The notes below the pieces were generated by a model, which did not search any database, was not told where the DNA came from, and worked only from the letters and a program-made list of their open reading frames with translations. A stretch of 44,065 nt of DNA from Candidatus Eiseniibacteriota bacterium (GTDB lineage Bacteria > Eisenbacteria > RBG-16-71-46 > CAZEPH01), in NCBI GenBank assembly GCA_044229145.1, contig JBGATO010000031.1, forward strand, positions 1-44,065. The letters are read 5' to 3'. Below, one piece after another: positions 1-9,648 of the stretch (position 1 is the stretch's first letter; every line of letters begins with the position of its first letter). Position numbers and translations under genes: made by a program.

Positions 1-1346
1 CTCACCGGCAGGCCGAGCGCGCGCACGCTCTCGCCGATCCTCGCGCGATCGCCGAGCACCAGGATCGTCAGCGCGTCCGGCTGAATGTACGTCCGCGCCG
101 CGCGCAATGCGTCCTCCCGTGTCACGGCCTGGATCCGCGCCTGATAGGTGTGCAGGTAGTCGGCCGGCAGTTCGTAGATTTCGCGCACCAAGAGTTGATT
201 GGCGACATCGCTCGCGGTTTCGAGCGTGAGCGGGAAGATGCCGGAGAGGTAGTCGCGCGCGTACTGCAGTTCGGCATCGCTGACACCGTCGGCGACCATG
301 CGGCGAATCTCGGTGAGGAACTCGCCGAGCGCCGGCGCGGTGACCTCGCTGTGCACCGCGGCGCCAGCGCTGAAGAAGCCGCCGGTGCGGCGCAGATCGA
401 AGCGTGACGACGCGCCGTACGTGTAGCTCTTGTCCTCGCGCAGATTGAGCATCAGCCGCGAATTGAAGCAGCCGCCGAGCACCGCGTTCATCACGTACAG
501 GGCGAAGAAGTCCGGCGTCGAGCGCGGCGGCGCGGCGTGGCCGAGCCGCACCTCGCTCTGCACCGCGCCGGGGCGATGCACGAGATGGATGCGCGTCGCA
601 CTCGGCGCCGGCGGCGCCGGCGGATCGTCGGCGCGGCCCGCGCTCGTGTCGTCGCGCCACGCGCCGAAGGACGCCTCGGCCATCGCGCGCACGGCGTCGA
701 CGCGCACGTCACCCACCACCGCGAGACAGGCGCGCGACGGCTGGTGCACACGCGCGTGGGTGGCGCGCAACGCGTCGAGCGACAACGCGCGCACCGACGC
801 CTCGGTGCCCGCCTGCGGCGCGCCGAAGCGATGCGCCCCGGCGAGCAGACGCGCGAATTGCATCGCGGCGAACGAGCCCGGCTCCGCCTTTTCCTGATCG
901 ATCTCGGCGAGGCGCTCGTCGCGCGTGCGGTCCCACTCGTCGCCGGGATACGACGGCTCCTGCGCCATCGCGGCGAGCATCGGCATCGCCTCGGGCAGCG
1001 TCGCGCTCAACGCGCTCAGCGAGATGCGGCTGGCGTCCCACGATGCCCACGTCGCCACCCGCGCGCCCCACGTCTCGAACAAATCGGCGATCTCGTCGGA
1101 GCTGTGCTGCCGCGTGCCTTCCTCGAGCAACTGCACGGCGAACTGCGCCGCGCCTTCCGCGCCCGCGGCGTCGCTGCCGGCACCGGCACGCCACACCAGC
1201 GAGACCGACGCCACCGGCAAGCGCGCGTTCTCCACCACGCGCACCTGCATGCCGTTGGCGAGCGCGAAACTGTGAATCTCCGGCAACTGCAACGGCGTGG
1301 GCGCCGGCGGCACCGGCGCGGTCGAACGATCGAGCGTCGCGCTCAT
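1..1346 (-). CDS. M16 (insulinase/pitrilysin) family peptidase, non-catalytic subunit; runs off the left edge
   Basis: Not in the ORF track because it has no stop inside the window. Manual translation from ATG 1346 gives MSATLDRSTAPVPPAPTPLQLPEIHSFALANGMQVRVVENARLPVASVSLVWRAG..., with no HXXEH (QFAVQLLEEG) but with LGGCFNSRLMLNLREDKSYTYG, the R/Y motif of M16B partner subunits. ATGA overlap with the upstream gene. Confidence 0.9.
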   Translation of the reverse strand, partial: MSATLDRSTAPVPPAPTPLQLPEIHSFALANGMQVRVVENARLPVASVSLVWRAGAGSDAAGAEGAAQFAVQLLEEGTRQHSSDEIADLFETWGARVATWASWDASRISLSALSATLPEAMPMLAAMAQEPSYPGDEWDRTRDERLAEIDQEKAEPGSFAAMQFARLLAGAHRFGAPQAGTEASVRALSLDALRATHARVHQPSRACLAVVGDVRVDAVRAMAEASFGAWRDDTSAGRADDPPAPPAPSATRIHLVHRPGAVQSEVRLGHAAPPRSTPDFFALYVMNAVLGGCFNSRLMLNLREDKSYTYGASSRFDLRRTGGFFSAGAAVHSEVTAPALGEFLTEIRRMVADGVSDAELQYARDYLSGIFPLTLETASDVANQLLVREIYELPADYLHTYQARIQAVTREDALRAARTYIQPDALTILVLGDRARIGESVRALGLPV

Positions 1347-2659
1347 TCTGCGGCCTCCTCGCCGGCGGCCGGCACGAAGGTGAGTTCGACGCGCGGCCGG
1401 CCGTCCAGCACGGCGCGCGCGCCGGCCACCAGCGCGGCGGCGTCCACCGCTGCGTAGCGCTCGGCCTCGCGGTTGATCAACGCGGCCTCGCCGAAGAACG
1501 TCGCGAAGTGCGCGAGGTGATCGGCGCGGTCGTCGAAGGTCTCGACATCGCGCACCACGCGCGCATAGGTCGACATTTGCGCGCGTTCCATTTCGGCGTC
1601 GTCGATGCCGTCGCCGAGCAACCGCGCGATCTCGGCGTCGATTGCCGCGGCGCATTCCGCGGCGGTGCGGCCGGGCATCGCGGTGGCGCCGAGCACGAAG
1701 AGTCCGGTGGCTTCGCCGCTGAGATACCAGCTGAAGACGTCCTGCGCGACGCGCTGCTGCCGCACCAACGCGCGGTAGAAGCGCGACGTGCGCCCGCTGC
1801 CGAGCAAATCCGAGAGCATGTCGAGCGCGTAAGCGTCCGGCGCGTCGAGTCCGGGCGCGCGGTACGCGAGGTAGATGCGCTCGGCCGGCACGCGGTCTTC
1901 GACCGTTTCGCGCACCGTCGCCGCGAGCGGCGGCAGCGTCCACGAGCCGCGCGGCTTGGCCGGCGCGCCCGTCAACTCGCCGAAGTAGCGCTCCACCAAG
2001 CGCCGCGCCTCCTCCGGCGCGAAATCGCCGACGATCGTCAGCACCGCGTTCTGCGGCCCATAGTACTGCGCGTAGAAGCCGCGCACGTCCTCGAGCGTCG
2101 CCGCGTCGAGGTCCGGCATGAAGCCGATCACCGGCCAGTGATAGCAGAACGACGGCGGGAAACTCAGCGCGAGGAGCTTCTCGAGCCACACCCCGTACGG
2201 CTGATTGTCCACCCGCCAGCGCCGCTCGTTCTTCACCACGTCGCGCTGCCCGTCGAACGCCTCTTGCGTGAGCGCCGGCAGCAGGAAACCCATGCGGTCC
2301 GACTCCAGCCACAGCGCCATCTCGAGATACCGCGCCGGCACCGTCTCGTAATAGTTCGTCTTGTCGAACCAGGTCGACCCGTTGGCGCTGCCGCCGGCCT
2401 GCTCGATGTAGGCGAAGTGTTGCTCGTCGCCGACGTGCTCGCTGCCCTGGAAGAGCATGTGCTCGAACAGGTGCGCGAAGCCGGTGCGCCCCGGCACTTC
2501 GTCCTTCGAACCGACGTGATAGGTGACGTTGACCGCCACCAGCGGCACGCTGTGATCTTCCGACAGGACGACGGTGAGGCCGTTCGCCAGGCGGTACTGC
2601 TCGCAGGCGAGGGTAACCGGGACACGCCCGCGCGACGCAGCGGGCGATGCGGTGGACAT
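1343..2659 (-). CDS. M16 family zinc peptidase, catalytic subunit
   Basis: YHVGSKDE..GRTGFAHLFEHMLFQGS (inverted HXXEH), ANGST, VKNERR. Start placed at ATG 2659, with GGAGG upstream. Confidence 0.93.
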   Translation of the reverse strand: MSTASPAASRGRVPVTLACEQYRLANGLTVVLSEDHSVPLVAVNVTYHVGSKDEVPGRTGFAHLFEHMLFQGSEHVGDEQHFAYIEQAGGSANGSTWFDKTNYYETVPARYLEMALWLESDRMGFLLPALTQEAFDGQRDVVKNERRWRVDNQPYGVWLEKLLALSFPPSFCYHWPVIGFMPDLDAATLEDVRGFYAQYYGPQNAVLTIVGDFAPEEARRLVERYFGELTGAPAKPRGSWTLPPLAATVRETVEDRVPAERIYLAYRAPGLDAPDAYALDMLSDLLGSGRTSRFYRALVRQQRVAQDVFSWYLSGEATGLFVLGATAMPGRTAAECAAAIDAEIARLLGDGIDDAEMERAQMSTYARVVRDVETFDDRADHLAHFATFFGEAALINREAERYAAVDAAALVAGARAVLDGRPRVELTFVPAAGEEAAE

Positions 2660-2781
2660 CGAGGCGATCCTCCGGTTGGGGAGCGAGGCGGGCGAAGAGC
2701 GGGCATCATAGCGAGGCGGCTTCGGTGGCGTCCACCGCGGCGGGCGGACCGGGTGGCTCCCCCCAGAGCGGGGCGGCTTCC

Positions 2782-2811
2782 TTGACCCTACCGTTTTGCG
2801 CTTGCTAGACT
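2782..2811 (+). promoter_or_regulatory. sigma70-type promoter
   Basis: TTGACC (2782-2787), 18-nt spacer, TG-n-TAGACT (-10 at 2806-2811), in an AT-rich patch upstream of the 2983 gene. Confidence 0.6.
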
Positions 2812-2832
2812 TATGTATCGACAGCAAGGACC

Positions 2833-2939
2833 GGGGACATCACCGCCTCCCCCAGAGATCGTGTCCCCCCATCGCGGTCCGCTGCGCGCTCCCCTCCTTG
2901 GACCGCAGACAGATCGCCGGCCGCCGCCTCCGGGCGGCT
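2833..2939 (+). ncRNA. Candidate structured leader or sRNA: three hairpins with CCUCC-containing loops
   Basis: Stems GGGGACA/TGTCCCC (2833-2868), GCGGTCC/GGACCGC (2874-2906) and GGCCGCC/GGCGGCT (2919-2939). Their loops contain CCTCCCCC, CTCCCCTCC and CCTCC. Confidence 0.4.
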
Positions 2940-2982
2940 CGCCGCAGCCGAACATCGACCCCGAGAGCTCAACGTCCACCCG

Positions 2983-5628
2983 ATGAAGCGAATCCGCGCC
3001 GGCCTCGTCCTGGCCTCGGCGCTGTGCGCCGCCTGGAGCGCCTCCGCTACCGCATTGGTGCGCTACGACTTCGAGGAACGGTTCTTCACCGACCGGCCTC
3101 ACACCGTGGCGGACCGCTGCATGGTTCAGCGCGACTCCACCTACCACCTGTTCTACACGCAGGGGCCGGTGGGCAACTTCTCGGCGACGCTGCAGACGAG
3201 CTTCGGCCATTCCACCAGCCGCGACCTCGTGCATTGGACGAACCAGCCCGACGTCCTGCCGGCGGTGCCGGGCACCTGGGAGTCGCAAGCGCACTGGGCG
3301 CCGATGATCCTCGAGCGCCCCGCCGGCACGTACAACATGTTCTACACCGGCGTCGATTCGGTCGGTGTGCAGCAAATCGGGCTTGCGACCTCGACCGACC
3401 TGTACACGTGGACACCGTCGCCCGCCAATCCGGTGTTCCATCCCGACACCACGTGGTCCGACTGGCGGCCCACCGCCTACGGCAACTGCCGCGATCCGTT
3501 CGTCTGGGTCGACGGGGACACGCTGCGCATGCTGACTACCACGGTCAGCGGCTACGGCCAAGGGACGCTCGACCTGGCCGCGAGCACGGATCTCGTGACC
3601 TGGATCGACCAAGGGCCGATCGCGCAGATGCCGTCCGGGCCGACCTCGTGGCACCAGCTCGAGGCGCCGATGCTGACGCAGTTCGGCGGCTACTACCAGA
3701 TCTACTACGGCGAGACCGATCGCCCCGGCATCCGCTGGGTGGCGGCGCCGACTCTCCACGGCCCGTGGGATCTCAGCGCGCCGGCGCTACTCGACAACGG
3801 CGCGTCCGCGGAGTTGCTGACCTGCGGCGACAGCCTGTTCCTGCATCGCCACACGTCGTGGTCGGATCTCGACACCATGCGCACCGCGGTGCGCTTCGAT
3901 CCGGTGACGGTGAGCGGCGCGACGCCGATCGTGGTGAGCGACCGTCTGCTGCCCAAGGCGTGGGCGCTCTCCGGCACCGCCTTCGCCTCGCAGCCGACGT
4001 TCGGCGACAATCCGTGGCTGCGCGGCGCCGGCCACAGCAACGCGGTCGGCAACGGCTGGATCGGCACCGGCGAGAACTATCCCGGGCCATTGGTCGGCGG
4101 CCAGCCCGGCCTGACGCAGAGCAACACGCTCACCGGCGACATGACCTCGCCCAGCTTCGTGGTGGCGGGGGACTCGATGACACTGCTGGTCGGCGGCGGC
4201 AACAAGCCGGACTCCGCCTACGTGGCGCTGTGCGACGTGTGCACGGATTCGGTGCTCTATCGCGCCACCGGCGCCAACAGCGAGAGCATGCAGCCAGTCT
4301 CGTGGCCGCTCGCCGCGCTGCGCGGCCAGCGCGCGTATCTCCGCATCAGCGATCGCGCGACCGGCACGTGGGGCCACATCAACTGCGACGAGATCCGCGA
4401 GGTCGAGTCGCCGAGTCCGCCGGTGGCGACCCCGCTGCTCACCCTCACCGCGCCACTGTCGGGCACCACGCTCACGGCGAATACGGCGGTCACCATCCGC
4501 TGGCAGCTGACGAATGCGCCACCCGGCACCGCGGTCAGCGTGTACCTGTCGCTCGACGCCGGGGCAACGTATCCGCGGCTCCTCGGCACCGCGGCGCCCG
4601 GCGACACCTCGTTCACCTGGACGATCGACGTGCAGCCGACGAGCCTGCTGCGCTTCAAGATCGTCGGGCGCCTCCCGGCCGGCGTCACCTGCTGCGATCA
4701 CAACGCGGGCAGCCTGACGGTGCAGCCGATCTCGATCGGCAACGTCAGCGTGTGCAACGTCACCGACACCACCGCGCTGATTTTCTGGACCACCGTCGCG
4801 CCGGCCGATGGCGCGGTGGACATCGGCCCGACCACCGCGCTCGGCACCACGTTCGTGCAGTCGAGCGGCACGCCGGGCACGCTGCACGCGGTGACGCTGC
4901 ACGGTTTGCAGGCGCAGCACACCTACTTTTTCCGGGTGCGCTCGACCGGCGAGACCAACGACAACGGTGGCGCGTTCTTCACGTTCACGTCGGCGCAAAA
5001 GGTCACCGGGCAGATCTACCGTCTGCGCGGCTTGGTGACGCAGGAGGGCGTCGGGGTTGGAGGCGTCGCGGTCATCGCGACGCTCAACCGCGGCGGCACC
5101 AAAGCCTTCCCGATCTACGCATCCAGTCCGGTGACCGGTTTGTGGTCGGTCGATCTCGGCGGCTGTCGCGATCCGGTGACCGGCGCCGCGCTGCGCGCGC
5201 AGACCGGCGACTCGGTGCGCGTGCAATTCTTCCAGTCGGCGGTCGAAACCCAGTTGATCGATCCGGTGATCGTGACCGGGTCGACGCCTCAACAGGTGGG
5301 CGCGTTCGAGTTGGTGACGGGAGTCGAACGGCCGCCGCTTCCGGCGCTCTCGACGTTGCGCGCCTGGCCGCAGCCGTCGCGCGACGGCGCGGTGACGCTG
5401 GCGTTCGCCACCCCGCGTGCGGCCACGGTGACCGTGCGCGTGCTGGACGTGCGGGGTCGCGAAGTGCGGCGCGTGGCGAACGGGCAACGCGTCGACAGCG
5501 GCTGGTCGTCATTGCGCTGGGACGGCCGCGACGCCACCGGACGCGCGGTGCCCGCGGGGATCTACTTCGCCGAGGTGGTGAGCGACGAGGGCGCGCGCTG
5601 GCGCACGCGACTCGTGGTGGTGCGGTAG
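2983..5628 (+). CDS. Secreted GH32-like (clan GH-J) five-bladed beta-propeller glycoside hydrolase with accessory beta-sandwich/FN3-like domains and a FlgD-Ig/CTD-like C-terminus
   Basis: Signal peptide; YHLFY, GHSTSRDLVHW, WAP, NCRDPF (RDP motif), QLEAP; TGDMTSPSF..LLVGGG and WGHINCDEI segment seen in GH32 accessory domains; C-terminal WDGRDATGRAVPAGIYF. Confidence 0.75.
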   Translation: MKRIRAGLVLASALCAAWSASATALVRYDFEERFFTDRPHTVADRCMVQRDSTYHLFYTQGPVGNFSATLQTSFGHSTSRDLVHWTNQPDVLPAVPGTWESQAHWAPMILERPAGTYNMFYTGVDSVGVQQIGLATSTDLYTWTPSPANPVFHPDTTWSDWRPTAYGNCRDPFVWVDGDTLRMLTTTVSGYGQGTLDLAASTDLVTWIDQGPIAQMPSGPTSWHQLEAPMLTQFGGYYQIYYGETDRPGIRWVAAPTLHGPWDLSAPALLDNGASAELLTCGDSLFLHRHTSWSDLDTMRTAVRFDPVTVSGATPIVVSDRLLPKAWALSGTAFASQPTFGDNPWLRGAGHSNAVGNGWIGTGENYPGPLVGGQPGLTQSNTLTGDMTSPSFVVAGDSMTLLVGGGNKPDSAYVALCDVCTDSVLYRATGANSESMQPVSWPLAALRGQRAYLRISDRATGTWGHINCDEIREVESPSPPVATPLLTLTAPLSGTTLTANTAVTIRWQLTNAPPGTAVSVYLSLDAGATYPRLLGTAAPGDTSFTWTIDVQPTSLLRFKIVGRLPAGVTCCDHNAGSLTVQPISIGNVSVCNVTDTTALIFWTTVAPADGAVDIGPTTALGTTFVQSSGTPGTLHAVTLHGLQAQHTYFFRVRSTGETNDNGGAFFTFTSAQKVTGQIYRLRGLVTQEGVGVGGVAVIATLNRGGTKAFPIYASSPVTGLWSVDLGGCRDPVTGAALRAQTGDSVRVQFFQSAVETQLIDPVIVTGSTPQQVGAFELVTGVERPPLPALSTLRAWPQPSRDGAVTLAFATPRAATVTVRVLDVRGREVRRVANGQRVDSGWSSLRWDGRDATGRAVPAGIYFAEVVSDEGARWRTRLVVVR

Positions 5629-5637
5629 GGCGTGGCA

Positions 5638-5660
5638 GGAGCGGGCGCCCGGCCTGCTCC
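5638..5660. terminator. Hairpin between convergent genes
   Basis: GGAGCGGG/CCTGCTCC stem between the stops at 5628 (+) and 5672 (-); no clear U-tract. Confidence 0.35.
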
Positions 5661-5671
5661 CACCCGCGGTT

Positions 5672-6787
5672 CTACAACTTGCGCACGACCTCTTCGGCGA
5701 GTTGCTTGGTCGTCGCCGAGCCGCCCATGTCGTGCGTGCGCACGGTGCCGACGCGAATCACCGATTCCACCGCATCCTCGAGACGGCGTCCCTGACGCGG
5801 CTCGCCGAGGAAGTCGAGCATCAGCTTGATGCTAAGCAACGTGGCAATCGGATTGACGATCTTCTGCCCGCCGATCTCGGGCGCCGGCCCATGCACCGGC
5901 TCGAACAAACCCCACGTCTCACCGAGGTTGGCACTCGGCGCGAAGCCCATGCCGCCGACCATCTGCGCGCAGATGTCGCTCACGATGTCGCCGTACTCGT
6001 TGGCGGCGACGATGACGTCGAAGTGCAGCGGGTTGCGCATCAAGTGCATGCAGGCCTGGTCGATGTTGCGCACCTCGAAGGCGATGTCGGGATACTGCGC
6101 CGCCACCTGCTCGGCCACGTGCACCATCATGCCACCGGTCTCGCGCAGCACGTTCGCCTTGTCGATCAGCGTGACGCGCTTGCGGCCGTTCGCCTGCGCG
6201 AATTCGAACGCCTTGGTCACGATGCGGTGCGCCGCCGCTTCGGTCACCACGCGCACCGTCATCGCCATGGACTCGCGCGGCGCGTTGGCGAAACGCTGCG
6301 CGCCCTTCGAGTGCGCCGTCATCGCCGCGAACACGTCCTCGGGCACCGGGTGGAATTCGATGCCGCTGTACAGGCCTTCGCTGTTCTCGCGGAAGATGAC
6401 GATGTCGAGGCCTTCGGCGTAGTTGCGCGCGCCGGGATAGCCCTTACACGGCCGGACATTCGTGTGCAGGCCGAACTCCTGGCGCAAACGCACGAGCGGA
6501 TGGTGATAGACGTGGCCCTGGCCCTGCAGCGCCGGCGCGAGCTCGCGCATCGCCTCCGGACGCGGCTTCGACACCACGGCGCCGAACAGCGCCGCGTGCG
6601 AGTTCTTGCACAGGTCGATGGTGCGCTGCGGCAGCGCGTCGCCTTCCTTGCACCAGAACTCCCAGCCGACGTCGCCGTACACGCGCTCGTGGTCGAACTT
6701 GAGCGCCTTGAGGACGATCTCCGCGGCTTCCATGACATCCGGACCGACACCGTCGCCCGGCAGACACGCGATGGTGAAGCGCGCCAC
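5672..6787 (-). CDS. Isocitrate/isopropylmalate/homoisocitrate dehydrogenase family protein
   Basis: IACLPGDGVGPDV, NVRP, FRENSEGLYSG, KANVL, GDIVSD, PSANLG, FEPVHG, NPIATLLS, RTHDMGG. GTG start at 6787 preceded by AGGAGG. Confidence 0.92.
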   Translation of the reverse strand: MARFTIACLPGDGVGPDVMEAAEIVLKALKFDHERVYGDVGWEFWCKEGDALPQRTIDLCKNSHAALFGAVVSKPRPEAMRELAPALQGQGHVYHHPLVRLRQEFGLHTNVRPCKGYPGARNYAEGLDIVIFRENSEGLYSGIEFHPVPEDVFAAMTAHSKGAQRFANAPRESMAMTVRVVTEAAAHRIVTKAFEFAQANGRKRVTLIDKANVLRETGGMMVHVAEQVAAQYPDIAFEVRNIDQACMHLMRNPLHFDVIVAANEYGDIVSDICAQMVGGMGFAPSANLGETWGLFEPVHGPAPEIGGQKIVNPIATLLSIKLMLDFLGEPRQGRRLEDAVESVIRVGTVRTHDMGGSATTKQLAEEVVRKL

Positions 6788-6914
6788 TGTGCAGAACCTC
6801 CTGACCGATAGCGTGAATGAGGGACGCGCCACGCCGAGCGACCGCAGCGGCTGTGGCGTGGAGCGGACAAGTGTACCGCATTCGCCGGCTGAACTGGGGC
6901 GATTCTACACGGTG

Positions 6915-9590
6915 TTAGCGGAGGAGCACGCCGCGGCAGCGTGCCACGTCCGACCCGGCCCGCACTTCCACGTAGACGATGCCGGAGCTGTGCGGGCCGG
7001 GGATCGACGACATGCGGATCTCGTGTGCGCCTGACGTGAAGCGGCGCGGCGCCAGCCGCGAGAGTCGTCGTCCCGCCACGTCGAACAGGGTCACCGACAC
7101 ATCGCCAGGGCGCGGTAACACGAAGCGAATGCGCTCATCGGTTCCCATTCGCAGTTCCGCGTGCAGGGGCGGTGGCGCCGCGTCGCCGGAAGAGGACCCG
7201 ATCCTCCCCACGCCGGTCGTTGCCAGCAACCACTCTGCGATGTTGGGCGACGATTGCTGGCCCGCGGTTACCAGATCGCCGACGACGAACAGGCTGGAAT
7301 CGCCGGGGACTATGGCACCCACCCACGTATTGAACTGCGTGCGTCCGGCCAGGCCTGACCCCAGCGGGTGCCACGCGACGCCATCCCAGGCTGCAACGTA
7401 GTTCGCGCTCTGGCCGCCGAGCGCGTTGAACGTGCCGCCCATGAACAGCCGATCGCCTACGGCGGCAAGGGCAAAGACGTACGACCGCTGTTCGACGTAG
7501 CTCGGATACAGGTCGGGGCTCGGGATGTTCACCCACGACGTGCCGTTCCACAGGACAATGTCGATCCCCGGATAGTTGAATGTACCGCCGACCGCGAGCA
7601 TGTCGTGCCACTCGAGCAGCTCGTAGACGCCCGTCAGATCCCAGGGCCCAATGCATCCCGTCCCTGTGACGCCACCGCCGAGTTCGCTCCAGGCCCCGGC
7701 GTGTCGAATGGCAAGTCCATTCACTGGGCTACCGGCGACCCGCAGGAATTGTCCGCCCACCACGAGTTCGTCGCGATACGTGCACACCGACAAGACGGGC
7801 GCGTCGATGCCACCCATTCCCGTCCACGTCGTGCCATCAAGGTAGGCGAGCGAGGACACGCCGTCTGGGCCGGCGATGCGCAGATCGCCGCCGGCGAAGA
7901 GCGTGTCGTGCACGACGGCGACGCAGGCGACGGGCGCGTTGACGCCGGTGCCGACCGCGGACCACGTCGTGCCGTCCCACTGCGCGAGGTAGGGAATCGC
8001 CTGACCTCCCGCCTGCGTGAACCAACCGCCGGCAACGAGATTGCCGTGATAGGTGGTCAGCGTGTACGCGGTCGCCGAGAGACCGGCGCCGAGCGGCGAC
8101 CAGGCGACGCCATCCCACTGCGCGATGTGGGCGCACGGCGTGCCGCCTGCCGTCGTGAAGTACCCCGTGGCGACCAGCCGTCCGTTCCACCAGCACGCGG
8201 TGGACACCGCGCCATCGACAGCGCGCGCGGGAGAGGCAAACGTGTGCCAGAGTGCATCCTCGGGGACAGGCGGCGGCTGATCGGGTGCCGACCAGCTCGT
8301 GCCGTCCCACTGCGCGAGGCGTCCGACTGCGAGACCTCCGGCGGTGTTGAATTCCCCGCCGGCCAGGAGTTGGCCGTCCCAGTGTCCTAGCGTCAGAACT
8401 CTGCCATCCAATCCGCACGGGTACAGGCAATTCACGCCGCCGCCAACCCCCGTCCACGCCGTGCCGTCCCATTGCGCGATGAAGTCGGGGGTCGAGTACA
8501 CGTAGTTCGTGAATGACCCGCCGACAATCACGCTGGACCCGTACGCCGCCACGGCGTAGATCCACGTGGGGTCTTCGGTGAGTTGCGTGGGGAACGCGCG
8601 CCAGCGTCCGCCCTGCCACACGGCGAGACAACTGGCCGGCAATCCGCCGGCTCTGCCGAATCGGCCTCCGACCACGAGAGAATCGCCGAGAGCCGCGAGC
8701 GAATACACGATCGGCTGCTCCAGGATGTACGGCTGCCCAGGAAAAGAATCGACGCCGGCAGCAAGTGAGTCCCACGTAGCACCTGTCCACGCGGCGATCG
8801 AGCGCACCGTCGTGGGGCCGCTGCGCGTGAACTGCCCGCCGGCAATGAGTTGTCCCTGGTACTGCGCCAAGGCGTATACCGTGCCGTTGAGTCCGGCTCC
8901 CATCGTGTGCCACGCGCCGTTCGCGTATTCCTCGATGTGCGATGTCGAATCGCCGGGCGCCATGGCGTCGCCTGCGGCGAAAAGCGTGTCGCCTGAGACC
9001 AGGAGGGCGTTGACGGCGCCGGAGCGCCCGCTGCCCAGGGAATCCCAGACCGCGCCGTCCCACACTGCCAACCCGTTGCACGGCAGATCGCCGATGTGGG
9101 TGAAGTTACCTCCGACGATGAGCTTGTCGCCGAGGACTGCGAGTGCGTAGACCTGTCCATCCCAGGACAAGTGACCGCCGAGACTTGACCACTGAACGCC
9201 ATCCCACATCGCGATTTGGTCGGCCTGGGCAGAGCCAGCCTGCTCAAAATCTCCGCCGATGATCAGGAACCCGCGCCAAACAGCGGTCGTGTTGATCCAA
9301 TAGTTGACGCCGAGCCAAGTTTCTAGCGAAGCGCCGGGTTTGGGACCTCGGGAGATCAGCCAAGCTCGCGAAAGTTCCGGTGAGATCCCGCGTGGGTCCA
9401 CGCTCAGTTCAGGCCGCGACCTCTCTGATCGGTCGCGGATAGCGGCGACGACGGGACACGGGCGCTCAAGGCCGAGCAGGATCAGACTCAATACGACGAA
9501 CAGCGCTACGTTCCACGCCCGCCGGTTCTCCTGGTGACGGGCCCCTGACAGCTTGCGCGCGCTCAGAATGCCGCGGAGTTCTTCGCGCAT
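6915..9590 (-). CDS. Secreted or surface beta-propeller repeat protein (about 14 WDGxxW blades) with CTD-like C-terminus; start uncertain
   Basis: Repeats of L(V/I)xGGxFxxAG...IAxWDGxxW..LGxG, in two sets of seven separated by the linker PDQPPPVPED; hydrophobic segment VALFVVLSLILLG; C-terminal LFDVAGRRL...SGIVYV...RGVLLR. Confidence 0.8.
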   Translation of the reverse strand: MREELRGILSARKLSGARHQENRRAWNVALFVVLSLILLGLERPCPVVAAIRDRSERSRPELSVDPRGISPELSRAWLISRGPKPGASLETWLGVNYWINTTAVWRGFLIIGGDFEQAGSAQADQIAMWDGVQWSSLGGHLSWDGQVYALAVLGDKLIVGGNFTHIGDLPCNGLAVWDGAVWDSLGSGRSGAVNALLVSGDTLFAAGDAMAPGDSTSHIEEYANGAWHTMGAGLNGTVYALAQYQGQLIAGGQFTRSGPTTVRSIAAWTGATWDSLAAGVDSFPGQPYILEQPIVYSLAALGDSLVVGGRFGRAGGLPASCLAVWQGGRWRAFPTQLTEDPTWIYAVAAYGSSVIVGGSFTNYVYSTPDFIAQWDGTAWTGVGGGVNCLYPCGLDGRVLTLGHWDGQLLAGGEFNTAGGLAVGRLAQWDGTSWSAPDQPPPVPEDALWHTFASPARAVDGAVSTACWWNGRLVATGYFTTAGGTPCAHIAQWDGVAWSPLGAGLSATAYTLTTYHGNLVAGGWFTQAGGQAIPYLAQWDGTTWSAVGTGVNAPVACVAVVHDTLFAGGDLRIAGPDGVSSLAYLDGTTWTGMGGIDAPVLSVCTYRDELVVGGQFLRVAGSPVNGLAIRHAGAWSELGGGVTGTGCIGPWDLTGVYELLEWHDMLAVGGTFNYPGIDIVLWNGTSWVNIPSPDLYPSYVEQRSYVFALAAVGDRLFMGGTFNALGGQSANYVAAWDGVAWHPLGSGLAGRTQFNTWVGAIVPGDSSLFVVGDLVTAGQQSSPNIAEWLLATTGVGRIGSSSGDAAPPPLHAELRMGTDERIRFVLPRPGDVSVTLFDVAGRRLSRLAPRRFTSGAHEIRMSSIPGPHSSGIVYVEVRAGSDVARCRGVLLR

Positions 9591-9648
9591 AGATCCGTCC
9601 TTGCCCCGTGTACGTCGACACATGCCACAGCCTCCCGAATCGCGCACT

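Noticed and set aside
1..2659. Active and inactive M16 peptidase pair as a novel system
   Set aside because: Heterodimeric M16B pairs (an HXXEH subunit plus an R/Y subunit) are well known.
2796..5795. 999-aa plus-strand ORF, and similar long ORFs at 1043-2785, 19303-21690, 32461-34953 and 34487-37060
   Set aside because: Alternative-frame or antisense shadows of genes with clear family motifs; low-complexity Arg-rich translations.
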